Shown: piece by piece, positions 18,072 through 30,962 of the stretch | Position numbering within the stretch: the first letter of the stretch is position 1 | How the letters are laid out: each line of letters begins with the position of its first letter | Assembly (NCBI GenBank): GCA_002269645.1 | Contig: NIVC01003847.1 | Coordinates: 42,233 to 73,869 of the forward strand | Direction: 5' to 3' | Origin: Macrostomum lignano | Taxonomy: Eukaryota | DNA length: 31,637 nt | The notes under the pieces: generated by a model | The model's input: the letters and a program-made list of their open reading frames with translations, nothing else | Told to the model about the DNA's origin: nothing | Databases searched by the model: none | Position numbers and translations under genes: made by a program

Positions 18072-19355
18072 ACAGAAAATACGGTAAGTGAGGTGGTAAA
18101 CCAGGATTATTTCGATTTTTATCCACTTAAAACCCAAATTTAATAAATAAAGTGAAATTCAGACACTATTACAGCTGGCGAACATCTTAAGCAAAAATTT
18201 AAATAATCTCTGTGCTTTGGATAGGGATATAGAGCTGGTCATTTGTATACGTGGATTTATACAAAACGTTCAATTTACAATCTGAACCAATCTGTTGAAA
18301 ATACTCACTTTTTTTCAGGCATTGGATGATGACACGGTTCTGCTCTAGTAAATATCAATAACTTCTTTTAATTCAAATCTCTTCACTATTGCGGATTATG
18401 AAATTAGTACTATATTTGGCGCTCAGCTCAAGATTGTGATCAAAAAGAAGAAAAAAATAGTTAAAACAGCATAGTTTCTAGTGAAGCTTTGAAAGTAAAG
18501 TCCGGAAATATTAGAAAATCTAATTATCTTATTAAATTAAATAAGATTAATTTTTTACGACATGTACGATTTCAGGAGTTTTTCAAAGTCAAGAATTTGT
18601 TTTACTAACACCCGGTAACACACACGCACGTACGTTCATTGAACCTAGCTCTATATTTGGACTATGGAAGTCAACTTTTCAATTTAACTTTAAGCCTATT
18701 CGCAAGGATTGGACCAGATCACGTTCCGGCTTATGGCTTCAACTGTCAATTATCAGCCCTCGTATATCCAGCTAGTGCTTGATCTATTTTTAAATGGCTT
18801 TTCAAATATATCGTTTTTTTATTTTTTTAGTTAGATTAGGCCTAGATTCATTAGGTTAGGGCCTACTTAACATCGAGCCTTGTCTTGTCCTTAGCCTAGT
18901 TTCAGTTTTAGGCGTTAGGGCCTACCCTAGAAGTAGATTTATATCATTTTATTCCAGACCTTGCCTAGGCTATAACCCTAGCTGTATGGACTCCAGTGAG
19001 ATTTAAAAGTTTTTACAATTTATTCAATTTTATTAGGGCCTAATCTCATTTGCTTGAATAAAAAGACAACTTATTTCTTACTAGGCCTGATACTAGTTAA
19101 AAAAATTGTTAAACTTTTTATTTAACTTTTTGTAATGTATTTTGCCTATTATTAGGCCTAATATAAGGCTAGTATTAAGTATTAGGGCAGGGGCTATGAC
19201 CATTTTTGCCAAAAAACTTTTTTATTAGTATTTTTGATATAACTTTTAGAGCTATTAAAAATTTGATATATTTTTGAGACAAAAAGGGTTATAAGTCAAG
19301 CAAAGGAACTAAAGATAGGATGAGATGAGACAAGATATAATTCTAAAGGAAATGT

Positions 19356-20105
19356 TTATCCCCATGCCCATGGTCCTATGCTAATAATTCTAATTTTATC
19401 CATATAGATCCATGTTGATAATTTCTAGCTTGTCTCCATGGCAGCTTATTGGAATAAAGAACTTTAAAATGAATCTGTTCAAAAATGGTCTCTTCCAAAT
19501 GGAAATCTTCCAATTTCCAAAAAAACTATTGTCCTGAATACTAAATAGTATCAAATACTTTGTTAAAACTTTTCTATTGTTAAAAGGATTAATTTTAAAT
19601 ATTTGCTTAGCTGCAAACTTTGTTTACAACAACTAAACAACCCTAAGATCAAGGCAAATAAGACTTGCAAAATTCAAAATTCTAATTGTAATAATAATGA
19701 TAATAATACTAAATAATACCAATATTGATTTTGGATGAAGAGTTAGCTAAATGGTAAAATGACACTTTCACATTATGGCTTCAATGGAAAGTCACACAAC
19801 ATTGTAGTTACAATTACTTTAAGCTACACCATATATATTACAAAAAACTAATACGTAGCAACATTTAATGTCAGTACACAAAACTAAATACAAACAATTG
19901 CACAATCTTAGCTGTAGGGATAAGCTAAAAAGTTATTAACACAGATCCATGTGGATAAAATTATAATTATTGACATAGCCTATAGACTTGAATAGTGGCA
20001 GCTATTTCAATAAGCTGTCATGGGGTGAAGCTGGAAATTATCAACATAGATCTGTGTGAATAAAATTAGAATTATTGGCATAGGACTATGGGTCAATGGG
20101 GATAA
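19356..20105. mobile_element. About 750-bp element bounded by about 100-bp imperfect inverted repeats (old non-autonomous DNA transposon)
   Basis: 19356-19458 reverse-complements to about 20003-20105 (e.g. ttatcaacatggatctatatggataaaattagaattattagcatagg vs ttatcaacatagatctgtgtgaataaaattagaattattggcatagg). Confidence 0.55.
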
Positions 20106-20736
20106 GCAGTTCTAATTCTGAAATCCATTTTTTAAATAAAATAATTAGTCTATAAAAATAAAAATATGCATAGGCCTATATAAGCTTATATATATTATAA
20201 TGAATAACATTCATTATTAATAAATAAATGACTGAAACTATGTAGAGATTTCCCAAGTGATATTTTAGATTGATATTTGAAAATAGTAATAATCTCTATT
20301 TTTAATTCAAAATACCAAATCAAATGCACAGATTTTTTATTTAAAAATATTACTTATAAAATAAATAGACTTGAAAAGACTATGGCAACAAATTAAAAGG
20401 GTTTTTTCAATTTGCAAAAAAACTGATACTTTCTTATCTCCACGATATATTAGATTGATATTTAATTTCAAGTAGGGGCCTACTTCTATTTCTCTGTCAT
20501 TGAAAACTGATATGCAGTATTTTATTTAAACTAATCAACTATAATAACTCAAACCAAACTCAAAACTTTATGCTCAAGAACTATTTGAGAAAAACTAATG
20601 TTCTTATCTTGATAAGATGCTAAAGTTAAGCTACTATTAGATTATCTAGACCATCTAATTTCCCTTGTTTTTTAATTTTTTCTGCTTTGTACAATGTTGA
20701 TTTCCTTTATCTATATCATTAGATATTTCATCTCAA

Positions 20737-20787
<51 letters not shown>

Positions 20788-20789
20788 TA

Positions 20790-22250
20790 GGATGCAAAAG
20801 GGGGAGGCCCCTTACATATATGCGCTTGCAGAACAGGCAGGAAGGGCAGGCAGCAGTAGCCTAAGGGGTCAGCTAAAGCACCTGCAAGCCTGGCGATGGC
20901 GCAATTGCTTGGTTGGCTGGTGCTACATGGCCAAGGCTAGAAGGATAGATGCACCGCGACCCAAGGTCTTTAGGCAGTGGCCCAGTAGCATCTAGCGGCG
21001 TTGGTGCAAGGTAGCACTCAGGGGCAGAGTTCCAGTGTGGGCTATTAGAGCATTGGTCAGCAGGCAATCTGGGTAGTGCATACCCAGCGCATAGTGTAGT
21101 AGCAAGCAGTAAAGTGCATCCAGGCTCACTCTCGCATTTCAGTCAGCAGCACAGCCTCCATGCCATATAGCAGGATTGGCTCAACAGCCGCGCAAACAGG
21201 CACACCTTCAGGTTGTCTCTGGCAGCTGAATTAAAAATGTTCCTGAGGAAATGTGTGGCGCACTAGGCCTGGTTCCTCTTGTTGGAGACAATCACATTAG
21301 GGCTTATCACTAGCCCTATTAGAATAAATGTTGAAAACCCGCATATGTGCACTTTAGAATAGAGTCAAATTATTTTACCACACTTTAGCATTATTAGAGA
21401 TGTTCCAAAGGAGCATTTTATATCAAAATCAAAATTCAATAACTTTCCAAAATCAAAATCAAAATTTTCTAAAATCAAATTTTAGAAAAACAAAGTTGTT
21501 TAATGCAACCAAATCTAACTTTTTTACTTTTGAATCACTGCTTATGCAAAACAAAATGCATTTATATGTAGCAGAATTTAGTTTATTTTTAGTCACTTTT
21601 TAGACACAACAAAATTTTGACTTTCAATTTTTTTTAATTTGTTATTCACTTGTAAAAATTCTGAATTTAGGAAAATCAAAATCAATATCTTGAAACATCT
21701 CTAAGCATTATAAATGACAAGTGTATAGGCCCTTTCCATAGGACGCTGCAGGGTGCCAAGGTACTGGAAGTCCTTGCACACTGCAATATGGTCTCCATTA
21801 GGTGGCATTAGAGTTGGGACAGTATTTGTGCCCATGTGCAACACCTGTCTTGTGAGCATTTACTAGCAGCCCAACATGGGCACCCTCATTGCAGAGCTTT
21901 GTGAGAGCATGTTGGGTAGCAGCTAGATTATAGCAGAGCAGCGCAATGTCATCAGCATATGCCAAAGTAGGAAATGAAACAGTAGGATATCTAGAGCTTC
22001 AGTGTGAGACTAGCAAGTAGCTATTATCCTCAGGGAGGGACCAACAAAGCATGTAGTCTATAACCACAAGGAAGAGCAGAGGAGCCAGCATGTTGCCCTG
22101 AAGGATGCCTGAACTAGTGGCAAACTCTTCTGTGGGGCTGTCGCTTGACATGATAAAAGCTTTAGAGTCATAGTAGAGGGCCATCACTATGCTTACCAGT
22201 GCAGTAGGTATACCATAGTGAGATAAAATCTCAATCTAGCGTAGTTGTCT
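20790..22250 (-). mobile_element. Decayed non-LTR retrotransposon (LINE) reverse transcriptase fragment, split by nested insertions at about 21285-21740
   Basis: Minus-strand translation with stops and frameshifts: SGILQGNMLAPLLFLVVIDY, LAYADDIALL, GLLVNAHKT, FQYLG; after the insertion IFNSAARDNLK, AVEPILLYG, LLGHCL. These are canonical non-LTR RT motifs. Confidence 0.9.
21395..21703. mobile_element. hAT-type MITE (309 bp) nested in the LINE remnant
   Basis: TIR TAGAGATGTT(C/T)CAA at both ends, perfect 8-bp TSD AGCATTAT (21387-21394 and 21704-21711), subterminal CAAAAT repeats. Confidence 0.88.
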
Positions 22251-23249
22251 AAGCTTGGTGACCTAAGTTTAGAAGTTTAGAAAAGAATTTTTTGCCTATG
22301 TTGTTGACATATCCCCTGCTATATTATTTCTTTTTCCTCCATCTTTCTATTACACAATTCTCTATTATTGTTGTGCCAGTTTACTTTGTTATAAATTTAG
22401 GTTGAGGAACTCTAAGGAATATGAAAGCTTTATCCACTTTTTTCTAGAGAATATAATATAGGAACAAAAAATTCAAGAATATCAAACTAGTGTGGCACTT
22501 GCTTTTCACTATTCCAAACCAACCCTCTATATATGCATTAGAATAACAGGATTTTGCATTTGTACTGCTGACTAATGATGCTGTAGTCTAAAAAAACAAA
22601 GCCCAAAGTGGTAGCAGGGACAAGTAGCAGACAAATAATATTTCCATTATCACAAGAAAATAAAAAAGATAACTGACTTCATAGGATAAGTTCTCATAAG
22701 CTAAAGTACTATCAAATAACTGTTTAAAATTGTCATAAAATAGAGAACTGTTTAATAATACTCTGTTTTCAATTTTTCTGTTGTTGAATCTTTACCTTTT
22801 TATTAGTTTGTTTCATTGCTTCATCAATCTAGGCTTTAATCAGATTGATCAAGAAGGAAGAAAAGGATAGTTGATTTTCCTTCCTATATATCAATCAATT
22901 TTTTGTCTAGCTTCATTAGGAGATGTTGACATTTTTGACAAGGATATTTGTCATGAGCTATATCAAAGCCTCAGCCTTTTAATAAAGTTTTATAAAGACT
23001 ATCCTTGTCTAATCACAAACTTTCAATCACTTTGCTTGCTTATTTAATGATTAAATCAAATGATTTGCACCAAGAAAAAACATTTTGCAAACAGGGTTCT
23101 TACTTTTTCAAAGTAATTAAAGTGCAGATTAAGATATGTTGCCATTTTGCAATGGTATTAATATGTTAGCCCATAAAAATCAATAACAAAAACAATAGGA
23201 AGATCTAAATGCCAATGCGAATTTGATTTTACTTTGAGCAACCCATGAT

Positions 23250-24700
23250 AAAAAAGTTTTAGTGAATAGAAAATGAAAGCCAAAGAATATGAATTAGTAA
23301 GAAACAATAGTTTTACTAGAACTAGATTTGTTGCACTGGTTGCTATGGTTATAATTCTATATAATATGAGTTGTCCAGATGTATAAATTGGATTAATTAT
23401 TGAGCCCATAGCATCAATGTAAAGGAATGCCAGTAGATTTCAATTCAGAATATAGCTAAATAGACAAGTAGTTCCAATTATCTTGTAGAAGACAACACAA
23501 TTCAAATCAGATCCAGGAACTGCTCTTTAATGAGATCAAGCAAAATGTATATGAATATTCTTTGACAAATCTTTCCTGCAGAACTGATAGGTCAATCATA
23601 AATTATTTATGTAAAATTTATTTTCAATATATTTAATAATTTACAATTGTAATACATGCATTCCTCAATCTTGCAAAAAGAATAGCTTTTCCAAAAGCAT
23701 GACTTTTTCTTATGAGAAGACCAAGTTTATGTTATTATTGTAACTTGTCATTCAAAGACAACATGTATAATTTTTTGCATTGTATTACAGATTGCACTAT
23801 TAGTATTTTATCTAGAGAAAGTATAAGTATAAGAAATAATTTTCAATTGTAGTCCAATTTGTTGGATATACTTTGTTTTGAGTTCCAGTTCAAGTAAAAG
23901 TGTTGAATTGTTAATTTGTTTGTCAAATTAGTCTAATTCCAAACTTTTAAGCATTTCAAATGATGTATATATCATTCAATACAATTGAATGGATTTCAGG
24001 ACTAGGAAGAGTATTAACTGGAAGATAACCTTCAGAAAGACAAGGAGTGCTAATCAAAGGAATGCAGCCCTTAGAGAAAGTCTTTGTCAATGTGGCTTTT
24101 TTCCTTTGTTCTTTTATATATCCAATAGAATATCATGACCTAATTGTGTATGGTATGACTTTATTAGGTCATATTTAGAGCCAACTAGGCCAAAGTTATT
24201 TTTGCCATAACTAATTACTGTCACATTGCTTATATAAACTTAAGAAGAAGATTAATAACTTAGACTATTCTAGATGATTTTAGCCAAAGTCTGATAATGG
24301 ATTTAAGATTTTTATTTTGTTTTTAGGTAATTTGTAAAACTAAGTTGCATTTTCATTTAAAACTAAATTAATTGTATAATTATTCATGTGGCCACTAGTA
24401 TAATTTTAGCACTTATGTATATATATTAGTGAAGTGACACATTTTGGCTCTATAAAGTTCCCATTCAGATTGAATGTATTCTAACCAATGAATGCACTCC
24501 AACTAGCAAAAGCTGAGGACACGATCCCAACCTCAACCAATGAAAAGCAGCTATGTACCATCCAATGCAATCAAGACTGAAAAGTACTATAAAAACCCAT
24601 GTTAACCAAGCAAGAAGCTCGCCTGGCCTTGCCTTCTCTTCCACCTCTCTTTTCCTCCCTTGCCATTCTAGCTTACCTCCTCTGACTACTTTTGATTGAC
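23250..24700 (+). mobile_element. Possible highly decayed LTR-retrotransposon remnant (RNaseH/integrase-like traces followed by an LTR-like promoter)
   Basis: Broken reading RQGVLIKGMQPLEKVFVNVAF...LIV..DFIRSYLEPT (about 24035-24190) resembles an integrase core start. Three CCAAT boxes and TATAAAA follow at 24485-24595. Very degenerate. Confidence 0.3.
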
Positions 24701-25951
24701 ACAGTTAGGGTCCTAACCCAAATACTAAAACTGATATATTGACTCACTAAAACCAAAACAACAACCAACTCACATTCCACAATAGACTGAACCTTCAGTT
24801 CACCTGAAAACTTAGAAACCCCTTGGAACTCAAACAAAACAAGCTTCTTATTTGGAATTCCATCTTAGACATTATATTTTGTAAGATAACATCTCGAGCT
24901 TGTGACCATCAAATACAACAGTCTGTAAGTTACCATCAAGTGTTTGCATTATCAGGAAAAGTCAGTTGAATCTGCCGGCTCAGTTATTTGGCTCTCACAT
25001 TGATATTCGAAATAGACATAGAGCCATAGAAGTGAGAGACCAGAAGAACAATAATATATATATATTTTAAAATATTTCACTAGTGTGAAGTATGTAGGTA
25101 TTATCTATATAATTATATAAGTAAATAATATATATATATAAGTATAACTATATATGTAAGGACAGGTAAATGTCAACACAAATTGTGTCTTTGTTATACT
25201 AATATCTGTAGGGCATATATATTTCAAAAAATCTACAAAATATATGAGATAAAGAATGAATAAGTACATTAGTCCAAAGGATGAGTCTGTATAGTGGAAT
25301 TAAATTAAATGATCCCTAAATAAACAAAATGAAGAGAAGTCACCTTCAGTGACTACTCACAGAAATATTAGTACTCTATCTTACTACTTGCAAGCTGTAC
25401 ATTCTAACTATAGAGACTTGTGCAATTTGTTTTTACAAATCTTCAATAGTTCTTTGTTTAAACTTGTTTGTAAATAACTATATTGGATTTGTGTCATCAC
25501 ATGCCATGCAAAAGTCTAACAAGTGGTCTTTGATTGTAAAACCTTTGAGCCAATGCTTTCTTGCCCTTGTGTCTTGGTATTGCTTGGTTTTCCGTATGTA
25601 GATATGCTGCAATAAACAGAGCAATGCAATTTATAGACAATGCCTATCTTGAGGGTGAAAGGTAGAACTGAATTTAAGTCAGCTAAGAAATGGCCAATCT
25701 TAGTATGGAAAGCATTGTTAACCATTTTAGCCAATTTAGAGGTTACTTAAAAGGCATATTTACTATATCAATATGATATGAACAATTCTATTATGCAAAA
25801 TATACTCTGTTCAAGACTCTAGATATGGGTAACCGGCGGAAGCAACTATGGCTTCATTTAAATTCTATAATGCCTCGCCATCTAGAAAGCATATTTTCGC
25901 ATAAAGCCGCATACTTTCTAACGGCCCTCTCTTGGCTTTGCTTATCTCTTC

Positions 25952-26680
25952 ATGCCAGCTGTCAGACAGTGCGGCGGCATGATGGCCGGCGCCAAGTTTA
26001 AAGCAGCCAGCAGCCACTCCGGATCGCCAGCAATCCTATTAGGCATCTATAATAACTCTGCTACTAATAGTAATAGTGGTAAGGCGCTGGCATCTAGCAT
26101 TAACTGTCAGGAGGCTTGGCCAGAGCCAGCGCTGCCCCAGCCTGTTGTGCTGCGCAGTGTCAGACATCGGAAGGGCGACTCTCGCGACACTCGCAGGAGA
26201 ACGCTTTGCGGCGGCGAGCTCTGTCGACTATTGCCGTCAATTGACGAGTCGGCTTCCGTTTCTTCAATGTCTTCGTCTTCTTCTTCCGCCGATGTTGCTG
26301 CTTCTGCTTCTTCTGTTTCAGTTTCTTCTCCGTCGCTGCAACAGCGGCGTCGTAAACAGAACCAGCAGCCGATTGAACAACAGCGACTTCGTCGGTTGAG
26401 TCTTCCAGCACTTGGCCTGCTTGACAGCGTCCCGGAAGTGCCGGAAATACCGCCGGAAATGCCGTCGACTCAAGCGCAACAGCAACAGCTGCTTCTGTTG
26501 CAGAAGAAGACAAAAACACCGCCAGCTCAGCGTCGGTTGACTCCTCCTAGCGATCGGAATGGGCGTCGGGTGTTGTTGCTATGCCCGATTCCGGAGGCCG
26601 ACTCTGCGACTGGTGCTGGTGGTGGCAGCGGCGGCGCTGCAACGGCGTCCTCGCCAGCACCCGCTTCTCCGCCTGTCTGA
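25952..26680 (+). CDS. Orphan 242-aa low-complexity, probably disordered protein (single exon or terminal exon)
   Basis: Uninterrupted GC-rich ORF in AT-rich surroundings, with Ser/Gln/Gly runs like the MYCBPAP exons. A pyrimidine tract plus cag at 25958 suggests an acceptor; alternative ATG at 25979. Confidence 0.55.
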   Translation: MPAVRQCGGMMAGAKFKAASSHSGSPAILLGIYNNSATNSNSGKALASSINCQEAWPEPALPQPVVLRSVRHRKGDSRDTRRRTLCGGELCRLLPSIDESASVSSMSSSSSSADVAASASSVSVSSPSLQQRRRKQNQQPIEQQRLRRLSLPALGLLDSVPEVPEIPPEMPSTQAQQQQLLLLQKKTKTPPAQRRLTPPSDRNGRRVLLLCPIPEADSATGAGGGSGGAATASSPAPASPPV

Positions 26681-26914
26681 ATGCCAGCGTCCAAGCAATA
26701 TGCATGCCTATAGGCTTCGGACCGCCCCGCTTGATCTTTTTTCCTTAGCTTTGCCCTCTAGTCTGTCATGTATTGTCATTCGTTTTTAGGGCTGCAACTC
26801 GGTTCATTTTATTTGAAGTGCTTTGCAATGGTGCGAGTGTCGAGAAATGCAAAATTTCTCAAAATATTAGTCCTCATATCTCACAACAATATTGAATCTC
26901 TCGCCTTGATTGAA

Positions 26915-27655
26915 AGAATCGCCCTTGAATCCCCCAGAATTACCCTCGAAGCTCCCAGAATCGCCCGAAGCCCTCAGATTCGCCCTCGAATTCCCCAGAA
27001 TCGCCCTCACCCCCACCCCTTCCCAGAATCGCCCTCACCCCCACCCCTTCCCAGAATCGCCCTCACCCCCCCCCTCCCAGAATCGCCCTCGAATCCCTCA
27101 GAATCGCCCTCGAATTCCCAGAATCGCCCTCACCCCCAGAATATCGCCCTCTTATCCCCAGAATCGCCCTCGAATCCCTCAGAATCGCCCTCGAATTCCC
27201 CAGAATCGCCCTCACCCCAGAATATCGCCCTCTTATCCCCCAGAATCGCCCTCGAATCCCCAGAATCGCCCTCACATCCCCAGAATCGCCCTCAAATCCC
27301 CCAGAATCGCCCTCACCCCCAGAATCGCCCTCGAATCCCCAGAATCGCCCTCACATCCCCCAGAATCTCCCTCACCCCCTGAATCGCCCTCACCCCCCCC
27401 CCAGAATCGCCCTCACCCCCCAGAATCGCCCTCACCCCCCCCCCAGAATCGCCCTCACCCCCCCCAGAATCGCCCTCGAATCCCCCAGAATCGCCCTCAC
27501 ATCCCCAGAATCGCCCTCACCCCCCCCGAATCGCCCTTCACCCCCTAGAATCGCCCTCACCCCCCCCTAGAATCGCCCTTACCCCCCCCAGAATCGCCCT
27601 CACCCCCCCAGAATCGCCCTCACCCCCCCAGAATCGCCCTCACATCCCCCAGAAT
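26915..27655. repeat. C-rich minisatellite CCCCAGAATCGCCCTC(A/G), about 19-22-bp variable unit
   Basis: Read directly; source of the SPESP/PQNRP ORFs. Confidence 0.95.
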
Positions 27656-27706
27656 CAACTCTGAATTCTTCCAAAGATGTCCTAATAAGAGACAGACTGT
27701 CAGTTA

Positions 27707-27869
27707 CCATAGACGATTGCGACACTTTACAATTAAACGATACATGAATGTATAAGTTATTGGCCTAATTTGATTCATTCAAGAATTAATTAGTCTATGG
27801 TCGCAATCCCCATTCCAGCCTCACACCGAATGTCGCAATGGTAGAATAACTCCGGCTTAAATGTCTATG
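27707..27869. mobile_element. MITE-like element with CCATAGAC TIRs and TA flanks
   Basis: ta|ccatagac ... gtctatgg|ta; a third gtctatgg lies at 27793. Confidence 0.45.
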
Positions 27870-28867
27870 GTACAATGCCTATAATAATAGCATTGCTTTT
27901 CTGGCCCTGACGCCATTAAAGGCGAGGTTATCATTGTCATATTCCACACAATCTATAGTTTCTCATTAAAATATTCCATTCTAGATTAAACAACGTGAAC
28001 TTTTACATCGAATAAAGTAACGCAACTATATTTTTCAATAGTTTTACTATTTGTGAATTGTGATAATAGTTTTGGTCAGTCGCTTATAAAGCATGTCTCG
28101 ATATTCAAGTAAGTGTCTTGAATGAATTTCTAAACTTGTATTTCGAATGTGTTTACTTAAATATTTTTCTTCTTAACTGCACTGCTGCACTCTATGATAA
28201 GGTTTATTTATGCGCATATATTACTTAAATATAAGTAGCCAGATGAGCTCAGTTAGATTAGCATGCGTAAATCTATTATAATGCTGAAAGTAAAATATCT
28301 GTCATATTTCCTTTGCTTTGTGCTTTTTGTTTCACTATGAGAATCGTTTTGAATTTTTAAATAATTAAAAGCATGTTTAAAAAAATCTATTATCATATAC
28401 TAGTTATGCCCACATCATAAACACATTATCTACTACCTGAATAAGGTAAGTCTTTCCACGCATCGCGTGCATTCTAATCATTGAGCGAATTTACACCTTT
28501 AAGGCTATCCAATTAATATGCGTACTAATATTCTGCTATTTATTTATCGTGTTATGGTTTGTGTTACGTCTTTTACTATCAGTTTACTGTCATAATCGGT
28601 CAGCCTTCTTTTGTTCTTAAACACTACTTAAGTAGCTTTTGCAGATTTTGTTCAGAAACAATGTTTTTCATAGTATATTGGCAACATGAGTAAAGTATTT
28701 ATAATTTTAATGCTTGCCGTATTAAAAGAAGTATTTAAACGGATCTTGAATTTCTGATGAAATTATTATGAATCTTACTTTATGACCTTTATGACTCTTA
28801 CTTTAAGACCAGATCAACAAAGCAATTGCTACCCAATCGAAATGAACTTGCTCCCAATGTATTATCG

Positions 28868-29330
28868 TTGACCAACCTCACTCCACTCCAATGTACATCC
28901 ATACACCAACCTCACCCACTCCCTATGTACATTTATCCACCAACCTCGCTCCACTCCCTATGTACATCCATCCACCAACCTCACCCCATTCCCTATGTAC
29001 ATCCATCACACCTCACCCCACTCCTATGTACATTTATCCACCAACTCGCTCCACTCCCTATGTACATCCATCCACCAACCTCACCCCATTCCCTATGTAC
29101 ATCCATCCACCAACCTCACCCCATTCCCTATGTACATCCATTCACCAACCTCACCCCATTCCCTATGTACATCCATCTACCAACCTCACTCCTATCCCAT
29201 GTACATCCATCGACCAACCTTACTCCACTTACAATGTGCATCCATCGTCCAACCTCACTTCACTTCCAATGTACATCCTCCGACTAACCTTACTCCACTC
29301 CCAATGTACATCCATCAACCAAACCTGCTA
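28868..29330. repeat. About 35-bp minisatellite CCCTATGTACATCCATCCACCAACCTCACCCCATT
   Basis: Read directly; copies degenerate toward the edges. Confidence 0.92.
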
Positions 29331-30047
29331 TATATGCAAGCTTTGTCTGCATTCTGTTTACTACTTTTCCCTCCTAAGCTTTTGTATCCGTTCACCTGTT
29401 GCATTAAAAATATATTATTACAAATGAAAATAGTTGCTTAGAGAACTACGAAAATATTATTTTGCTACTTGTAGTAGAGTAGGGAGAATGCCAGCTAAGA
29501 TGTGGTGTACTATATCTAATCTATGCTGCTGCTTAGTTTTAAATATATACCTGGTACATGTATTGTTTATACGGGCCTGTATTTCTGCACCTGCTTGAAT
29601 TGTACCTGATCCACAAGTATATTTATTGCATTGCACCTTTTAATTTCTGCGTTATCGCTCATTGCGAGTGTTTTCTTTTTTCTACACTATATGTGTGTAA
29701 TTTCTTTTGTCCTTGAGTTTTGAAATAACCGCCATGCAAAACGTATGCGAACCATTTATATTTATGAAATATACGAGCTAATAATGTATATGGTTTGCTT
29801 GTTTTACTCAAGAATCAAATTATACCTTGGTTTATTATTTAATGTATATCGATCGAATTCTTACATCGACGCGATGATGACCTTTGAGATCAAATATATA
29901 TTTTCTTGCTTTAATATTGGCATCAAAATACTTTTTCTGCTTAGTTTCTTGGGTTTTCTCAGTTTTGTTTGTAGATTTTTAATAATCAGTTAATTGGCCC
30001 CTACGATTAACTAGGCCTTTGCCAGTAGCTTAAAAACTGATTAATTG

Positions 30048-30757
30048 AAGGGTCTCGTTATGAGCCTCAATGAGAATAGTTGAAGGTCTCGTTATGAGCC
30101 TCAATGAGAATAGTTGAAGGGTCTCGTATGAGCCTCAATGAGAATAGTTGAAGGGTCTCGTTATGAGCCTCAATGAGAATAGTTATAGGGTCTCGTTATG
30201 AGCCTCAATGAGAATAGTTATAGGGTCTCGTTATGAGCCTCAATGAGAATAGTTGAAGGGTCTCGTTATGAGCCTCAATGAGAATAGTTATAGGGTCTCG
30301 TTATGAGCCTCAATGAAAATAGTTATAGGGGCTCGTTATGAGCCTCAATGAGAATAGTTATAGGTCTCCTTATGAGCCTCAATGAGAATAGTTATAGGGT
30401 CTCGTTATGAGCCTCAATGAGAATAGTTGAAGGGTCTCGTTATGAGCCTCAATGAGAATAGTTATAGGGTCTCGTTATGAGCCTATGAAATAGTTGAAGG
30501 GTCTCGTTATGAGCCTCAATGAGAATAGTTATAGGTCTCGTTATGAGCCTCAATGAAAATAGTTATAGGGCTCGTTATGAGCCTCAATGAGAATAGTTAT
30601 AGGGTCTCCTTATGAGCCTCAATGAGAATAGTTATAGGGTCTCCTTATGAGCCTCAATGAGAATAGTTATAGGGTCTCCTTATGAGCCTCAATGAGAATA
30701 GTTATAGGTCTCCTTATGAGCCTCAATGAGAATAGTTATAGGGTCTCGTTATGAGCC
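30048..30757. repeat. 35-bp minisatellite GAGCCTCAATGAGAATAGTT(AT/GA)AGGGTCTCGTTAT, about 20 copies
   Basis: Head-to-tail copies, several with 1-3 nt deletions. Confidence 0.96.
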
Positions 30758-30962
30758 AAACAGATTCTTAGTTATTTTATTAAGAAAGTTCTCATTAGGA
30801 TTATTAGGAGTTCTCATTAGGAACTCTATGGGTCTTAGGTTTTATAGTCAAGGCTTTTTAGAATTAATTTGTTAGAAGAATTACTACTCTTCATATATTT
30901 ACAATCTGTTACAGACATCAACTGCCAGTACCAGCAAATGCAGTCAGCATCGCGACCAAGCC

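Noticed and set aside
26768-27548. 204- and 212-aa Pro/Ser-rich ORFs
   Set aside because: Derived from the C-rich minisatellite.
28826-29441. Three His/Pro-rich ORFs in all plus frames
   Set aside because: Stop-poor 35-bp minisatellite whose unit length is not a multiple of 3.
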